Source of the DNA: Schmidtea polychroa
Lineage: Eukaryota
NCBI GenBank assembly: GCA_044892525.1
Contig: CM097885.1
Span: forward strand, 50,656,001-50,720,000
Length of the DNA: 64,000 nucleotides
Reading direction: 5' to 3'
In this document: positions 9,783 through 23,099 of the stretch, in pieces
Numbering within the stretch: the first letter of the stretch is position 1
Layout of the letters: every line of letters begins with the position of its first letter
Made by a program: the position numbers and the translations under genes
The notes under the pieces: model-generated
What the model was told of the DNA's origin: nothing
What the model saw: only the letters and a program-made list of their open reading frames with translations
Database searches by the model: none

Positions 9783-12560
9783 TAAAATCTTTCATCGTCT
9801 TAGATTCACATACTTTTCCATAATCTGTGTGAATTTCCATTGGTGCTCCAAATCTAAGAATCCATTTTTGTAGTATTGTTTCCTTCGCCCTTTCCTCATC
9901 CTGTTTAGCGACAGCAATCAGAGAGATATATCTGCTAAATTGATCAATCATTGTGACTATATATCTTCCCTTTCTGAATGGTTCCTGTAATGAGCCACAT
10001 ATATCAATGTACACTTTCTCCCACGGCTCCTCTGCTGTCAGTGTTATTGTCTCTTCCTTCATCTTTGTTGTCACAATTTTCGTTCGTTGACATGCTTCGT
10101 ATTGTCCAATTGTTTCTTTTACTGATTCTTTTATGTCTCTCATATCGTAATTATCCGCTACATATTTTGTCATTTTTTCTGCTTCGCATGTGATAGCAAA
10201 ATGTGTATGCATTTCTTATCTTTTGTCTCTAGGTATCTCTATCTTACTCTCTATAGTTTTCACCACGTTGTCTACCAGTATAAATTTCCAACTTGAACCC
10301 TGTGCTATTTCCTTTTTTATTTGTTCTATTTCTGTATTATCTTTTTGCCACTTATAATCTTCAGCCTTTTTCCATAGTGTTTATTCTTCGGGTTTTCATT
10401 CTTTCCACTTTCGCGTGTGCATGTGCCAATAAGCATTGTGTGCATGTCCCACATGTACTCCTTGACAACATATCTGCATTTGCACAATCTGTACCTTTTC
10501 CATATTTTATTTCAATATCCAGACTACTGAGGTAGTTAGTCCATGTCTAAAATTGCGTTGTTATTGGTTTCTTTGTGGATAACATAAACGTGATAGCTTT
10601 ATGGTCCGTTCTCAAAATGAACTGTTTTCCATATTAATAATGATTGAAATGTTGAAAAAAATAATAGATTCTCAGCAACTCTTTCCTTGCTATGCAATAT
10701 CCATTTTCGTGATTGCTTATTGCATGAGAACCGTATGCTATAACCTTTTCGAACCCGTTGTCGTCTTCCTGTGATAATACTGCTCAAATAGTGTCAAAAC
10801 CTTAGAATAGGTGAGGACATTAAACATTTTTCATATTCTCGCATGCGATTTTGCATCAGTCAGTCCAAATTAATTTTTTGTTTTTTAACCCGCATAGCTC
10901 TTCTAAAACTCTTGCCTTTTGCGTATTCCTTTATAAATCTTCTGTAGTAATATCATATTCCTAGGAAGCTTCTCAGATTCTTAAAACCTTTTGGCTTTTC
11001 AAATGATTTAATCGCGTCTAGTTTTGATGGGTCCGTCTGTATTCCATCTTTGCTGATTATATGACCCAAAATTTTGACTCCTTCTTTAAGGATATGGCAC
11101 TTTTCAAGGTTTGTCCTAAGATCCGCCTTTCAAATTTTGTCCAGCACCTCATTTAAAAATTCGTAGTGATGATTGATCGTTTCTGTAAATATCAAAATAT
11201 ATACTGCTGCATAACTCTTACCCATTGATACTTTCCCCATCAGTTCTTGAAACGTACCTGGTGCCCCTGCTATTCTAAATGGCATTCTGTTAAAACAGTA
11301 TTGCTATGATTTAGTTGAAAGCGCCGTTTTTAACTTAGATTCGTATTCTAGTTCTACTCGAGAATATGCATTTCCAAGATCTATCGAACGGAAATACTTT
11401 GCTCCACCCAATTTATCTAACATCTCTGCTATATTCGTCATAGGGAACCCTGTCTCTCTGTTACTAGGTTTAATTGCCTGAAATCAAGGTATAATCTGAT
11501 ATCTTGGTTTGTTTTCTTCCAGACGCATATTAATAGAGTGTTCCATGTCGAATTACACTTTTTGATAATATTGTTTTCCCATAAGTTTTTATCGCTTCAT
11601 CTATTTTACCTTTCAAGTTGACTGGTTGTCTTCATGGTTTAATATTTATCGGTTTTCCTTGAGTTTCTATTTTATGCTTCAACAGGTTTGTGCAGCCAAT
11701 GTCCCATTTATCAGCCATAAAAACATTTTGATTCTCTTTTATAATGTTTAGTAGTATCGGGTTATTTATCTTTAAAGTATTCTTTGCTCTTTGAAATCGT
11801 TCCATTTCCGTTATTGTCTTCCCAGATTTGGCTTCGATACTGCATATGTGCTCTTGCTTCATTTTCTCGACCTCATCTGCTGGCTACTTTAGTTGTTAAC
11901 CAAATTGTTTTTGCAACTCTCTACCACCAATTTCCTTTGGAGTCATATATCCTACTATCGTAAACTTTACCATTCCTTTCCTCACATTTATTCCTATTTC
12001 TAATATTGCTTTACCTTTCGTTTCTAAAACACTATTTTTTGCACAACTAAATTTATCAGTTGTTGTTTTTAGTTCTACATCTTTAAGCTTCTGTATCGAG
12101 CAAGCATTCCATCTTCTGGTCAGGTATTTTAATAGTTACACTTGATCGGCCTTGCATTTTATCATAACTAATAATATCATTTATCCATTCAACTAATGTG
12201 AGTATTTGTATTTTTTCTCTTTCTCTTTCTGCAAAATCCCTTTATATGAATCTGTTTACTTTCCTTATTACATTATTTTCCTCTTCTGTTATCTCTGTAT
12301 CTTTCACATCTTTTTCCATAATACATGATATTTTACTTTTATTATAATCATTAATAATTTCCGAGTCAGCATAGCTGTTTAATACACTGTCCCGACTATA
12401 TCCTCTTCTATCGGGGCATTGATCTTTGGGTATTCTCTGTATCTATATTTTATTCTGTCATCACTTGGTTTATCTATGAATGCTAGGTATCTCTTGTCTG
12501 CTTGTCTTGTATCCCTTTTCGTTCCTTGATAACCATTCCCTGCATCATATCGCTCTTGTT
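9229..12560 (-). mobile_element. Degenerate Ty3/Gypsy internal region (gag end, PR, RT, RNase H, INT), followed by a second gag-like segment
   Basis: RT: LYLDFRQLN, RMPFRIAGAPGTFQELM, with the YxDD aspartates deleted (AAVY-ILIF). RNase H: IAYGSH...RKELL...LRTDHKA. INT: PWEKVYIDICG, IDQFSRY, HTDYG. Many stops and frameshifts; no LTR identified. Confidence 0.9.
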
Positions 12561-12564
12561 GTCT

Positions 12565-15168
12565 ACTAGTGAAAAAAAATAAAAAAAGCAGTTGGATCAT
12601 CAAACGAATTATTTTAATCAAGAACCAAAATTTCAAGAAGCATCTGTAGCTGCATTGTTTGAAGTTTGTTTAGAAATAGTAGAGACAAAGAAGCCATTTT
12701 TGGATGAAGAATTAATTAAAAAATGTGCCATAAAAATGGCTCAAGCATTTAATGACAACAAAATGGTAAGAAAATTTCAAACAGTATTACTTTCTCACCA
12801 GACTGTCAATCGACGTGTAAACGAGATTAGCATGCATGTCACTAATAAATTTGAAACTCTAATACATCAAACACCACTGAGACGCATTTCCTATAATATA
12901 ACAAAAAAATCAATAATCTTACATTATAGAAACATACATACTTACTTTGATTTCACGTTGATGTTCTCATTTATAGCTCAATGAGATACATCTTATATTA
13001 TAGAAATCTGAAAAGTGGAAGGAAAATTAAAAAATGCACACAAGCACAACACATAATAAAAAACATATACAAACTTTTGATTCGTAAAATTGTAACGATG
13101 AGATACGTTTCTATAATAATTCTATTTTAGACAATTTTTAGAAAAAAAAGATCGTTGAAAATTTTTTAAATTATATTTTTAATGAAAATATCAAGAGCAG
13201 ATGAATTTGGTTCAAAATCTTTTCAATCCAGATTTGATTTCCTTAAAGAATCCCCTCATATTGAGCTCAGAAAGAAAATTACAAAAATTAAAAAAATTAT
13301 TTCAATCAGCGATTTTTCCCAAAATGTTTTAAAAAAATACACATTTTTGGTGATTTATTTATTTATTAATTAATTATAATTAAAAATATATCGGACTCAC
13401 GTTTTTTCGAAATAATTCCAAGATAAATATAATATAATTCCTTAAAAATAACCCTGAAAATTAATTAAAATTAATTTATAATTATATTGTTGATTAAAAG
13501 TAATATTTAAGATCTTGAATAATGATCTCATATCTCATATGGATCAGAATTCAAGTCTTAAAATTTACTTTAAATAAAAAATATTACTTGAAAGCCATTT
13601 GTAAAATGGCTAAAATAAATTTCCAAATAAATTTCAATTTCATGATAAATGAATAAATGTGATGATGAATAAATCGGTGAGTGAATCGGTGAGAGAAATT
13701 GTTCTACACGCCAACCACCACTATAGAGAACGTATCTCAGTGGTGTTTGGTGTAGTTGCTGCTATTTTTCGGTAGCATTGGATGAAAGCACAAACATTTC
13801 CGATACAAGTCAAATGCTTTTCTTTATAAAAATTGTAAATGAAAACTATAATTATTCAGAAAAACTTTTAAAATTACAATCATTACACGGAATAACAAAA
13901 GGTGAAGATATTTACAAACAATTAAAATGTACAGTAGAGCAGTATTTGACAAGTGCACTGCTTTTGTAACCGAGAGTGCTAGAGCTATGGCGGGCAAAAA
14001 TATTGGGTTCGGGTGACTTTTGCAAAAAGAAGGAATAACATGTTGTATGTTACATTGTATTTTTGCATCAGGCGTCATTATGTGGTTTTCCCCTACAACT
14101 AAAAGACGTAATGGACAAGATTTGCAAAATTACTAATTTAATTTGCAGCAGAAATCGTTCTCTTGCACACAGAAAATTTAAAACATTTTTGAATGAATTG
14201 GAAACTGAGTATGGAGGTCTGCTTTTACATAGTAACATTAGTTGGTGAAGTGCTGGAAAGTGCTTGAGGAGATGCTTTATACTTCGAAAAGAAGTTCATC
14301 TTTTACTCACAGAAATTGCGTCGATGAAAATTTGACAGCAAATTTAGTTGATAAAATTTTTATTTATTCCCTTGTATTCCTAACGGACATTACAAATTAT
14401 TTAAATATTTTGAATAAATCCTTGCAAGGACAAGATCAAAATATGTGTTGCCTTTATAAATATGTTACTGGATTTAGAAACAAATTAAAATTATTAAGGT
14501 TTAATTTGGACCAAAATAATTAATTTTCTTTTGAATCTTGCAAAGAGATCTATGATGAAAGGAAAAAATGTGACATAGAAGCGAATTTTAAAATATTTAT
14601 ACCAAAATTGGATATGCTAATTACAGATTTCAATGAAAGATTTTCTCAATTTGATGATCTTAAACCGTCTATTGATTTATTTTGTGATCCAATTAATATT
14701 GATATCAACTCCCTTGATCTTAAATATCAAATAAAATTATGCGAACTGCAGGTCGACCCAATTTTTACAGCTCGTGAAGTAACTGGAATAGAAATATCCA
14801 AAATTGAGAGACTTTGGACTCCAAATTGTATCATTGTTCGGAAATATATATATATCTGCGAGCGTGCATACTCCGACATGAAATATATAAAGTCAAAATA
14901 TAGAAACAGTTTGAAAGATTACACTCTTGAAGATATAATTGGACTTCCCACAACAAATATTGGACATTAAAGATATTGTTACTAATCAATTACGATCACA
15001 ATGTTCTCATTAATATATTACGAATATTTTAAAGTTTTCTTTTTTGTATAAATCAAAATATTTTTTTAATTAACATAAACTGACTTTTCATTTATCAACC
15101 TTCGTGGCCCCCGAAATGTTCGGTGAAGAAAATTTGGCCCGCGGGCTATGATAAGTTGGACAGCGCTG
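12565..15168 (+). mobile_element. Decayed hAT transposon (Charlie/SPIN, GTF2IRD2-like transposase), 5'-truncated
   Basis: KKPFLDEELIKKC, LSHQTVNRRV, SVALDESTNISDTSQ, HC..HQASLC, FLTDITNYLNILNKSLQG, CERAYSDMKYIKSKYRNSL. Right TIR GTTGGACAGCGCTG with TGGCCC subterminal motifs. Confidence 0.9.
12865..13752. mobile_element. Non-autonomous TIR element with TA TSD (Tc1/mariner-like) nested in the hAT transposase
   Basis: TA|CATCAAACACCACTGAGA ... TCTCAGTGGTGTTTGGTG|TA; transposase homology resumes immediately after it. Confidence 0.8.
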
Positions 15169-15524
15169 CTATAAGTGATAATTGGATATTCAAAACAAAT
15201 TAAATTGTTTACATTTAAAATGGAAAAACTGCATTTTAGGGAAAGTGAAGACCTGATGTAAGATTTATTCATGAAATTACAAATAATTAAAAAAAATTTC
15301 GATATTTAAGATATTTATTTTCAAACTCTGCTTCTTGTGAAGGTTAAATTTAAATTTTCATCCAGGTTCTCCTACCTCTGGATTTCGAGGGAAAAATCGA
15401 AAATCTTAATAACTTAATTTAAGGAAAAAAAGGTGGCAACAACGAAATTATTTCAGAAGAACAGGGAAATAATTGTGTTTGGCAATTACTTTCTTTAAAT
15501 AATAAATTCATCTAATTTACATTA

Positions 15525-15815
15525 TATCGAAATAATTCCAGAAATAATTCTAAACAAATTTCATAAAATTTCACAAAAAAATCTGAAAGGTAATTAAAAA
15601 TAAATCATAATGTTGACTAAAAGTAATATTTAAGAACTTGAATAATGATCTCATAATTATATAAAATCAAAACTCAAGCCTTAAAATTTACGTAAACTTT
15701 AAATACTTTCTTGAAAGACATTTCTAAAATTAAATAGATTATCATACAAACTTACTTTTCTCATAAATCGTGAGTCACCCATGATTGGTGTAGGTACCAA
15801 CGTGTATTATAGAAA
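15525..15815 (+). repeat. Diverged fragment related to the interior of the 12865-13752 element
   Basis: Shares CGAAATAATTCCA and TAAAAGTAATATTTAAGA.CTTGAATAATGATCTCATA with ~13405-13560. Confidence 0.6.
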
Positions 15816-15819
15816 CTTT

Positions 15820-16230
15820 TATTCATTGGAATTAGGTATATGATTAACAAAGACATGTTCAATTCAAGCGCAACTTTAACATGTGCAATTCTAACCAAGA
15901 CAGTAAAAAAGTTTTGCTAAAGAATTTTTTAAATAAAAAGTAAATCATAATTTAATAAGTTATACGTGAAGTATTACTGTTTTGTTGCCCTTTCGAAGTG
16001 TGTACAAAATTCAGTAAAATGAATTCTTCAAAAAGTAGGGGTTACGACGGTGTATCATAAAGTTAAAGCTCAAGTCAAAAGAACAGACATCCGACTGTAA
16101 AATACAGATTATTTTAAAGAAACCCAATATTTGTCAGATGTTCTTGTAAAAGTTAACGATTTAAACAATTCACTGCAAGGAAATTATTGTAACATTAAAT
16201 TAAAATATAAATTTGAAAGTTTTCATTAAA
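15820..16230 (+). pseudogene. Highly decayed hAT (Buster/ZBED-like) transposase fragment
   Basis: YLSDVLVKVNDLNNSLQGN at ~16128-16185 resembles the conserved YLxDIFxxLNxLNxSLQG block. Confidence 0.55.
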
Positions 16231-16517
16231 TGTAATACGACGACTCACACTTTCTGTCAGTGGTGTAACACCGTGCACCTTACTGTCGGCTGGATTGTCT
16301 CAGCTATGAATAATCATATTATTGAAAAACGGGGATCCACGGATCTATATAGATGACAGTCCTAAAATAAAAAAATCGAACCAATCACACTCAGCCTCCT
16401 TTACCGACCAATCAAAACATCACAAATTAACAAGACAAAGAATGATCAAAATTGATTTATTTATAACTCCATAAAACGAGCGGACATTTGAAAGCATATA
16501 AAATTTTCAGGGTAGAA

Positions 16518-17901
16518 TTAATCGGAAATACTCAGATTCTCAATCTCTTCGTCGAGCCCATCGAGATCCTCGGTCTGGAAAAGATCTTCATCGATCACGG
16601 TAATTTCTGAATGAAATAAAAACAAACATAAAATTTCCTCCAATCCAATCACAGCTGAAACTCACCGTTAACTTTTTCGGTTTTCTTCATTTGATCCTGA
16701 TTAAGCGCCAGCATGTCACCGTAATAATCGCTGATATTAATCTCCCGGATCGGACCGTTGTATTCCTCTTCATCGTTGTGCTCGTGCTGGGTCACTGCAA
16801 CCACGTCACCTTCCTCCATGTCATCCTGGGATTCTCTGATGAAATCAGGATTGAACACAAACAATTCTCTCCCGGAAATTCCCATGTGTTTTCCTTGCCG
16901 GAAAGCTTTCTCCCGATTGGCCATTTCAGCATTGTTCTGTTGCATTTGTTTCTCTCTCTTGTTCTTCTTCCATTGGATAAAGGTTTCCCATGTGATTCTT
17001 GTCAAATTATCCCCAAGAGCTGCTCGTTCTTTTTCTATTAAATCTTCCAATGATATTTGGTCGTCCTTTTGCTCTTCCATTTTCTTTTTATCTCGTTTTA
17101 AAACAAAATCTGGTGGAAGTGCATGTTTGTAATGACATTTCTCGCCGTTGGGACAAGACCAAAACCAGCCGTATTTGTTGCCTTCTACTGCATCCAAGAA
17201 AAATTTGCAGACCTATATGCATAAATACATTAAGGATGTCATTAAATCACTTTTAAATGTAAAATAGATACATATATAAAACAAAATTATTTCTCACAAT
17301 TGTTGTAGGGGGCAATCTATTGTTTGAGGTACCGTGTCTTTTGTTTACAACATCTTCTAATTTATTTTGATCCCAATTACCCATATCCTCTTTATCATTT
17401 TCCTCCTCAGCTTCATAAATATTCCTTTTTTCTGCACGCCTCATAATATTTAAATCATGTGAAAATTTACATCTGTCGCCTTTTGTACATTGATTGTTTT
17501 TGAAAAAGGCACATAAAACTGACTTTGGATCAACACCCTTGGCAACTTTCTGGAGCTCAATAACTGGCTTAAATAATGCGTTTATCTCTTCAAGTTCTTT
17601 CTTTTTTTGTTCTTTTTTATTTTCAACTTGTTCCTTAGCTTTATCTACCTATAAAATTATATAATATATTTACGACAAAATAAATATTACTTCTTTTGAG
17701 CTCTTATTGGCCTGATAAACACTTTTCTGAATTTGTTGAACAAGTTTTTGTTGCTTGGCTCCTTTTTTATTTTTTAATCCAAAAGTTTTATCCTATATAG
17801 AAAAATGAGTTCACTTTAAATATGATTATCCTACTTACTTCAACAATTTTCGCTTTTTGTTTTTCAACATTTTTTTTACTAGGTTGATTTTTAGGTGGCA
17901 T
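16518..17901 (-). CDS. ZC3H15: Zinc finger CCCH domain-containing protein 15 (DFRP1/Tma46 orthologue), five exons
   Basis: Exons 17901-17839, 17792-17691, 17648-17298, 17212-16666 and 16606-16518; GT-AG introns of 46, 42, 85 and 59 bp. Motifs MPPK..IVEDKTFGLKNKKG, VDPKSVLCAFFK..CTKGDRCKFSHD, VCKFFLDAVE.NKYGWFWSCPNG..CHYKHALP, SGRELF and acidic tail IDEDLF. Confidence 0.96.
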
Positions 17902-20569
17902 ATTTAAAATAAATTTAAATAATGCACTTAAAATGAATATTTAAACACAATATACAATAGTTTCATATTTATATTTTCATGAATTTTTATAAATTAATAA
18001 ACTTATTAATTTTTATTTAATTTTATATAAATATCAAAAAAATGCGGTTTTATAAATCAAAATGATTAAATTAAAAAACATTACTTTTTATTTAATTTAA
18101 TATTAATATCAAATATTGTAATTCTTGTTTCAAGATACTATCACAAATAATATTTTATTTAAATAAAAAAATTTAATATTTAAAAGCAATTTTTATTTCT
18201 TTCTTGTGGGTTATAGGTGCTTCGTACTGTTTCCAGCATAACACAGAATAAAAGGTTGCTTTACCACTCGATATCCGTTGAGCAATCAACACTGGAACTA
18301 TATCGAATGGGTGAGTACTTTCAAAAAGTGAGCTTACCTTTGTACACTATTATTGACTAGCACTCGAACTGGTTCGAAGACTACCGTTAGAAGGCACACA
18401 GGTGACCATTTCAGGAATTTCTACTTCACGACGGCGGTATTTGGTCAGATCGCCAGTCGATTATTCATTGCCGAAGTGTTGGAGCTCTCCGTCAGTTCTC
18501 AGAATGCGCCTTGAGGAATGTACTCTTCAATTTATCGTAATCTGTCTATGACAGTCCTGAGCTCATGGACAGCTTAAATGAGAGCCATTCGAGCCATAAT
18601 GAGAACAGGCTCTCGCTTCAACATTTCCATGGGGCAAGTCTGGTCACTTGTCTGGGTGTTTGTGTGAGCTCTCGGTCGAGTGGAAGGCTCCATCTGACAG
18701 CCCTGACTCCAAATTCTGATCCTGGTGGTCTTTCAATCACGGGTACTCAACTATTACTCCTCAATGCTCGTCTAAGGTTTTCACTTATACCCACGCATCG
18801 GCAGTTAGCACTCATTCAGTTATCGTGTCTCACGGATGTCATTTAAGTTTAAATGGGTATTAATTCATATTAGTTCGTATATTGAATTCTCTAAAATATA
18901 AGCACTGGTTCTCTCACTGCATTTAAATTTAGAATCATAAAGTGGATAACGGTTTATTTTATAACTTTTCAAAGATTTAGCTTTCCCTTGAAAAATTTAA
19001 ATTTGAATGCAGAAAGATTACTTAGTCATTGATTTTTTTTAAATTTACCTTTCAGTAGCTGTTCATGCTTGGAAGTTACTTAACCGTTGACTCTCCATTT
19101 TCCATTTTAATAGCTGTTCACGTTTGATAGTTACATTAATCTTTTCTTTAAATATTTAATCACAAAAACATCAACACTACACGACATAAATCGTTCCTCA
19201 TCTTTCATTATTCAAAGATCTCAATCACTGAAATTATATTGTGAACACTTCTATTTTCATGGCTCATTCATTCCTATATGGTCTCCTAAATCAGTCCCAT
19301 TTATTTGCCCATTTGTCTAATTTAGCCTTTGCATCTCCGGTTCTTCCAGGCTGGTCCCCTTGGGTGGATTCGCATTCATAAATAATATTAACAATTAAAA
19401 TCATTATATTATACTCACATAGTTCAGACTCTTTCGACGAAGGACATGGCTCATTGGTAGATATTCTTCTTGGTTCCCTTATTTAAAGAATTAGTAAAAC
19501 CAAAATCTTTAGTAACGATTGAGAAATTCTCCTCCAGAATGAGTTTATATTCTGACTGAATCGGGTGTGTTGTTCGATAATTATGTTAACCCATCCGTGT
19601 GCCAACAGGATTTGTGTGACATCAGGATGTGTGGTGAGGATTTTTCTCGGTGTACCGATTGACTTTGAATTATATCTTTCTGAAAGTGTGCCTATCGATA
19701 CCGACACGAGATTTGCCACGTGTACATTGACAGTTGTGTCAAATTTGTGTCAAAGAAAATATGTTTATTAAATGCGATTTGGATATGATCCCCAATGGTG
19801 ATAAAATTAGTAAAATAACCTGCATGGTTACCGTATTAGTTCTAGGATATAATGTAAGCAGAGACTAATTCAAACCAATTTTGAAAATTATAAAAGCCGA
19901 AATGTTTGACGATGAACAATTTTTATTTATTACATCTTTATTAGCGTTTGGTGTTTTTTAAATAACAATAATATAAAATAACTAAAGTTTTAAAATTTAT
20001 TAATCATAACATTGATCTTTACAATCTCTTCATTATATTTTGAACAATATGATCAATATAATTAAGAAAATCATTAGATTCATCTTCTTTTTTATGTTTA
20101 TTTGGTGATTTATCAGTTGTAAAATTCTCAATATATGACTTATTTTTTTCACTAGGTAAATTCATTACATTGATGATCATCTTCGTGCTTGGAAACATTT
20201 TCAGATTCATCAGTAGATGTCAGTTTTCCTTCGTAAATTTCCTCGTCTGAAAATGGCCATTTTAATTTCTCTGGAGCATTCATAAATTCTCTAATTTTTA
20301 CACAAGATATTTCCTCTCATTTTTCAATCAAAATAATTAATTAATCAATAATCATTTAATAAACATTTAAAAAATCATATTTTACCTTTTTCCGACATGT
20401 TTGAAAATAATTGTGTTTATACCTTTATACTATTATTTAAACAGCAACAACATTTACTAAAAATTATTATAGCTTTTGATACACTTTTATACATGTATAT
20501 ACAACTCCTAACCCAGTCAGTATTTTCAATAAATTCTTTAATTTTTCACATCTGGCATCATTCTCTTTT

Positions 20570-20989
20570 ACTTTTTTAGATAATCTAATCACCATAATCC
20601 ATTCACCATGAGCATTAATTTTGATTCATTAATCTAAAGAATGATGATGTCAAATTAATTATCAAAATAATATACCTTTACAGACCATTGAAAATAATTT
20701 TCAAAGTCTGAGCCCGATTTCTCTAAAATATGTTTCATACACATGAGACTTATAATAATTTGTGACCATGTAATTTCATCATCAAATAATGTATAAAATA
20801 TTTCCTCGAATAGTTTTTTTCTTTTGTTGAACCTGTCTCCAAATTGATGATAATGTTATACTAGATCTTTTTTTCTGTGACTTTTTCTGTGCGATTAACA
20901 AGTAATTGTAGATTATTAATCATCTCGGTAGGTTCTTTGCTGGAGAAAAGACCATTCAACAGGTCAATCATAAATGTTGTTTGCGTCGT
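20570..20989 (-). pseudogene. Bcl-2-like pseudogene, second copy
   Basis: Homologous to 5700-6149; start mutated to ACG, in-frame TAG, BH1 LFDDEITWSQII, same GT-AG intron retained, small deletion in BH2. Confidence 0.65.
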
Positions 20990-21954
20990 TTATAAATAAT
21001 TGTTGAAATCTTGGTATATTTATATTATTGCTGTTGAGATGTATTATAAATAAAAGAATATGATTAGTTAAATATGAAAGAAAATAAACTAATTCTCCAG
21101 CCTAACACAGCCCTTGTGTGATAATTTACAAACTACCGCGCATGCACCTTTAGGGCGGCAGCGGGCGGGCGTGTAGGTTGATGGTTTTAATCTTCATATT
21201 TTGATTAAATAGACATGGATGTTTTGTGTTTGATTTCAAAAATTAGAGTTAAAATTTAGACATTAATTATGAGTTTTTGGACCTTTCTAAAATTTGGGAA
21301 ATTTCGAGATGGCAAATTTTGGAACTTTTTAAAATTTGAGGAAATTAATATTGGGTGTTTTTAAAATTTGTTAAATTTTTAAGTTTAGATACTAATTCTG
21401 GGTGTGTTTTTCTAGTAATTTGTTGATTTTTCCAAGTATTTTTATATACAAATTTCTAAGTAGTGTGACCTTAAACTTTTCAAAATTTATCCAGCCATTT
21501 TATTTCAAATTTTTTCTAGTTCAACTGGTTCAACCTTCATATTAAAGTACTTTCATATTTTTAAAAATTTTTTAGGTATTTTATTAAAAGTTTTGATCAT
21601 TGTCTCACCGTGTGTTGAATGATATGATTCTATTTCTATAATATAAGATTTTCTAAGTTTGATAATATATATGAATGTTGTTATATTATGGCATTTGATG
21701 ATAATTTTATTCACTGTTTCATCGTGTGTTGAAGTATACTATTTTAATTCTATAATATAAACTGGTGTGATTATCATAATATATAGAAGTTGTTAAATTA
21801 TGGCGTCACTAGGATTAAAGTTAGAGACGTTGGAGCTCATTTCCATGAAAACTATACATTTTTTGTATATAAAGACTATATTTTTGTGACCTTCATAAAA
21901 TTCAGAGTCTGCATAGGGAGAGGTAGTGGTGTGGATGGGATATATCTATCTACT
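20570..21954 (-). mobile_element. Polinton/Maverick-like remnant, copy 2 (left boundary uncertain)
   Basis: Diverged homologue of ~5720-7219; terminus ...CTATCTACT (5'-AGTAG). Confidence 0.7.
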
Positions 21955-22379
21955 ATAAATATTTAATAAAGTTACATTATTCTCAATCTCAAACTTCTGA
22001 TTTATATAAATGATTAAAATTATTTAAGTAACGAACAATAATACATATCAAAATGTCAATGAAACGAAGTACAACAATATATAATTAAGGTGGAGAGTCG
22101 CCGACATTTCTCATTGTTGTAGCTGATTCACAGCATACATCTGGTTCCTAAAAGGGTAAAATATTCACGGGAAAAATAAAACTCATTATTAGTAACAAAT
22201 ACCTTCAAAATCGTTGTCCTTAATTTTTTGAAATTATACCAATTTACAATATTAATAAAATAATATAAAAAAATAATATAACCTGTCAAATTTAAGAGAA
22301 TACAATTTAATTAATTAAACATCACAATGAATATTACAATAAATATATAATTAAAAACCTAATACAATTAATCATAACA

Positions 22380-22955
22380 ATGAATTCTCAAATAAAAGTG
22401 CTTGTCAATTGCTGGTTCTGTGCAAAAAATACAAAAGTGTTTAAAAGAAATTCTTTCACTTGTCCTCATTGTCATCAATATAATGGATTCAATGAAAATG
22501 GAGATTATAACAAAACAATTGTTGAACAGTTTGACGAAAATCTAAATTCAAGACCTTTCAAGCGTCAAACCTTAATTAAAACCACTTCATCAATATTGTG
22601 TAAAAATTGTATTGACAAACAATCAAAATATGTAACACTTCTAAATAAATTTTCTCCGAAATCTTCCATCACATTCAAACAAGATTATCATGAATACAAA
22701 AGTCGACTTGATAAAACATATGAATTGTGCACAATGTGTAAAGTTATGACAGAAAAAGAAATAAATTTAATAAACAAAAATCTTAACCTTAAAACTGAAA
22801 AATGTTTACCTGAGAAAAAAATAGTAAATGAAGTTCATAATAAAACAATTGAAAATAGAAATAAACCAACTTTATTTCGTCAAGTGATTTTAGGTTTATT
22901 TTGGGGAGTCTTTATATCCTTGTTACTTTATCCCATTACTGAATATTTTTATTAA
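22380..22955 (+). CDS. TMEM201: Intronless truncated TMEM201/Samp1/Ima1 homologue (Ima1_N zinc-binding domain plus one TM helix)
   Basis: VNCWFC..CPHCHQYNGFNENGDYNK..LCKNC..Y.LCTMC matches the four CxxC motifs and the QYNGF.E.GDYNK signature of Ima1_N; C-terminal hydrophobic VILGLFWGVFISLLLYPI. Confidence 0.9.
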   Translation: MNSQIKVLVNCWFCAKNTKVFKRNSFTCPHCHQYNGFNENGDYNKTIVEQFDENLNSRPFKRQTLIKTTSSILCKNCIDKQSKYVTLLNKFSPKSSITFKQDYHEYKSRLDKTYELCTMCKVMTEKEINLINKNLNLKTEKCLPEKKIVNEVHNKTIENRNKPTLFRQVILGLFWGVFISLLLYPITEYFY

Positions 22956-23099
22956 ATTTTTGCACATCATTAGTTCTCTTTAAGTTTGCCTTTTAAAAAT
23001 TTCTAATTATGTTTTGCGTTAATTTTTGTCACTTTTTCATATTATTACATTATAATATTTATTTTTTAACATTTAAATAATCCAAAATATTAAAAATAA

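Larger units (their letters stand above)
7304..9952 (+). repeat. Segmental duplication, copy B
   Basis: Colinear near-identity with 1-3440. Confidence 0.92.

Noticed and set aside
16691..17256. Plus-strand ORFs overlapping ZC3H15
   Set aside because: Antisense shadows of the real coding exon.
18206..19186. Possible solo LTR (TGTGGG...CGACA)
   Set aside because: No matching TSD or convincing terminal inverted repeat.
22085..22135. GAAATGTCGGC on the minus strand resembling a hammerhead 3' half
   Set aside because: No intact CUGANGA box or convincing stem II upstream.
22953..23075. Stop-codon reassignment or readthrough extending the TMEM201 ORF
   Set aside because: Several TAA and TAG codons follow in frame, and ZC3H15 ends at TAA at the expected position, so the standard code applies.
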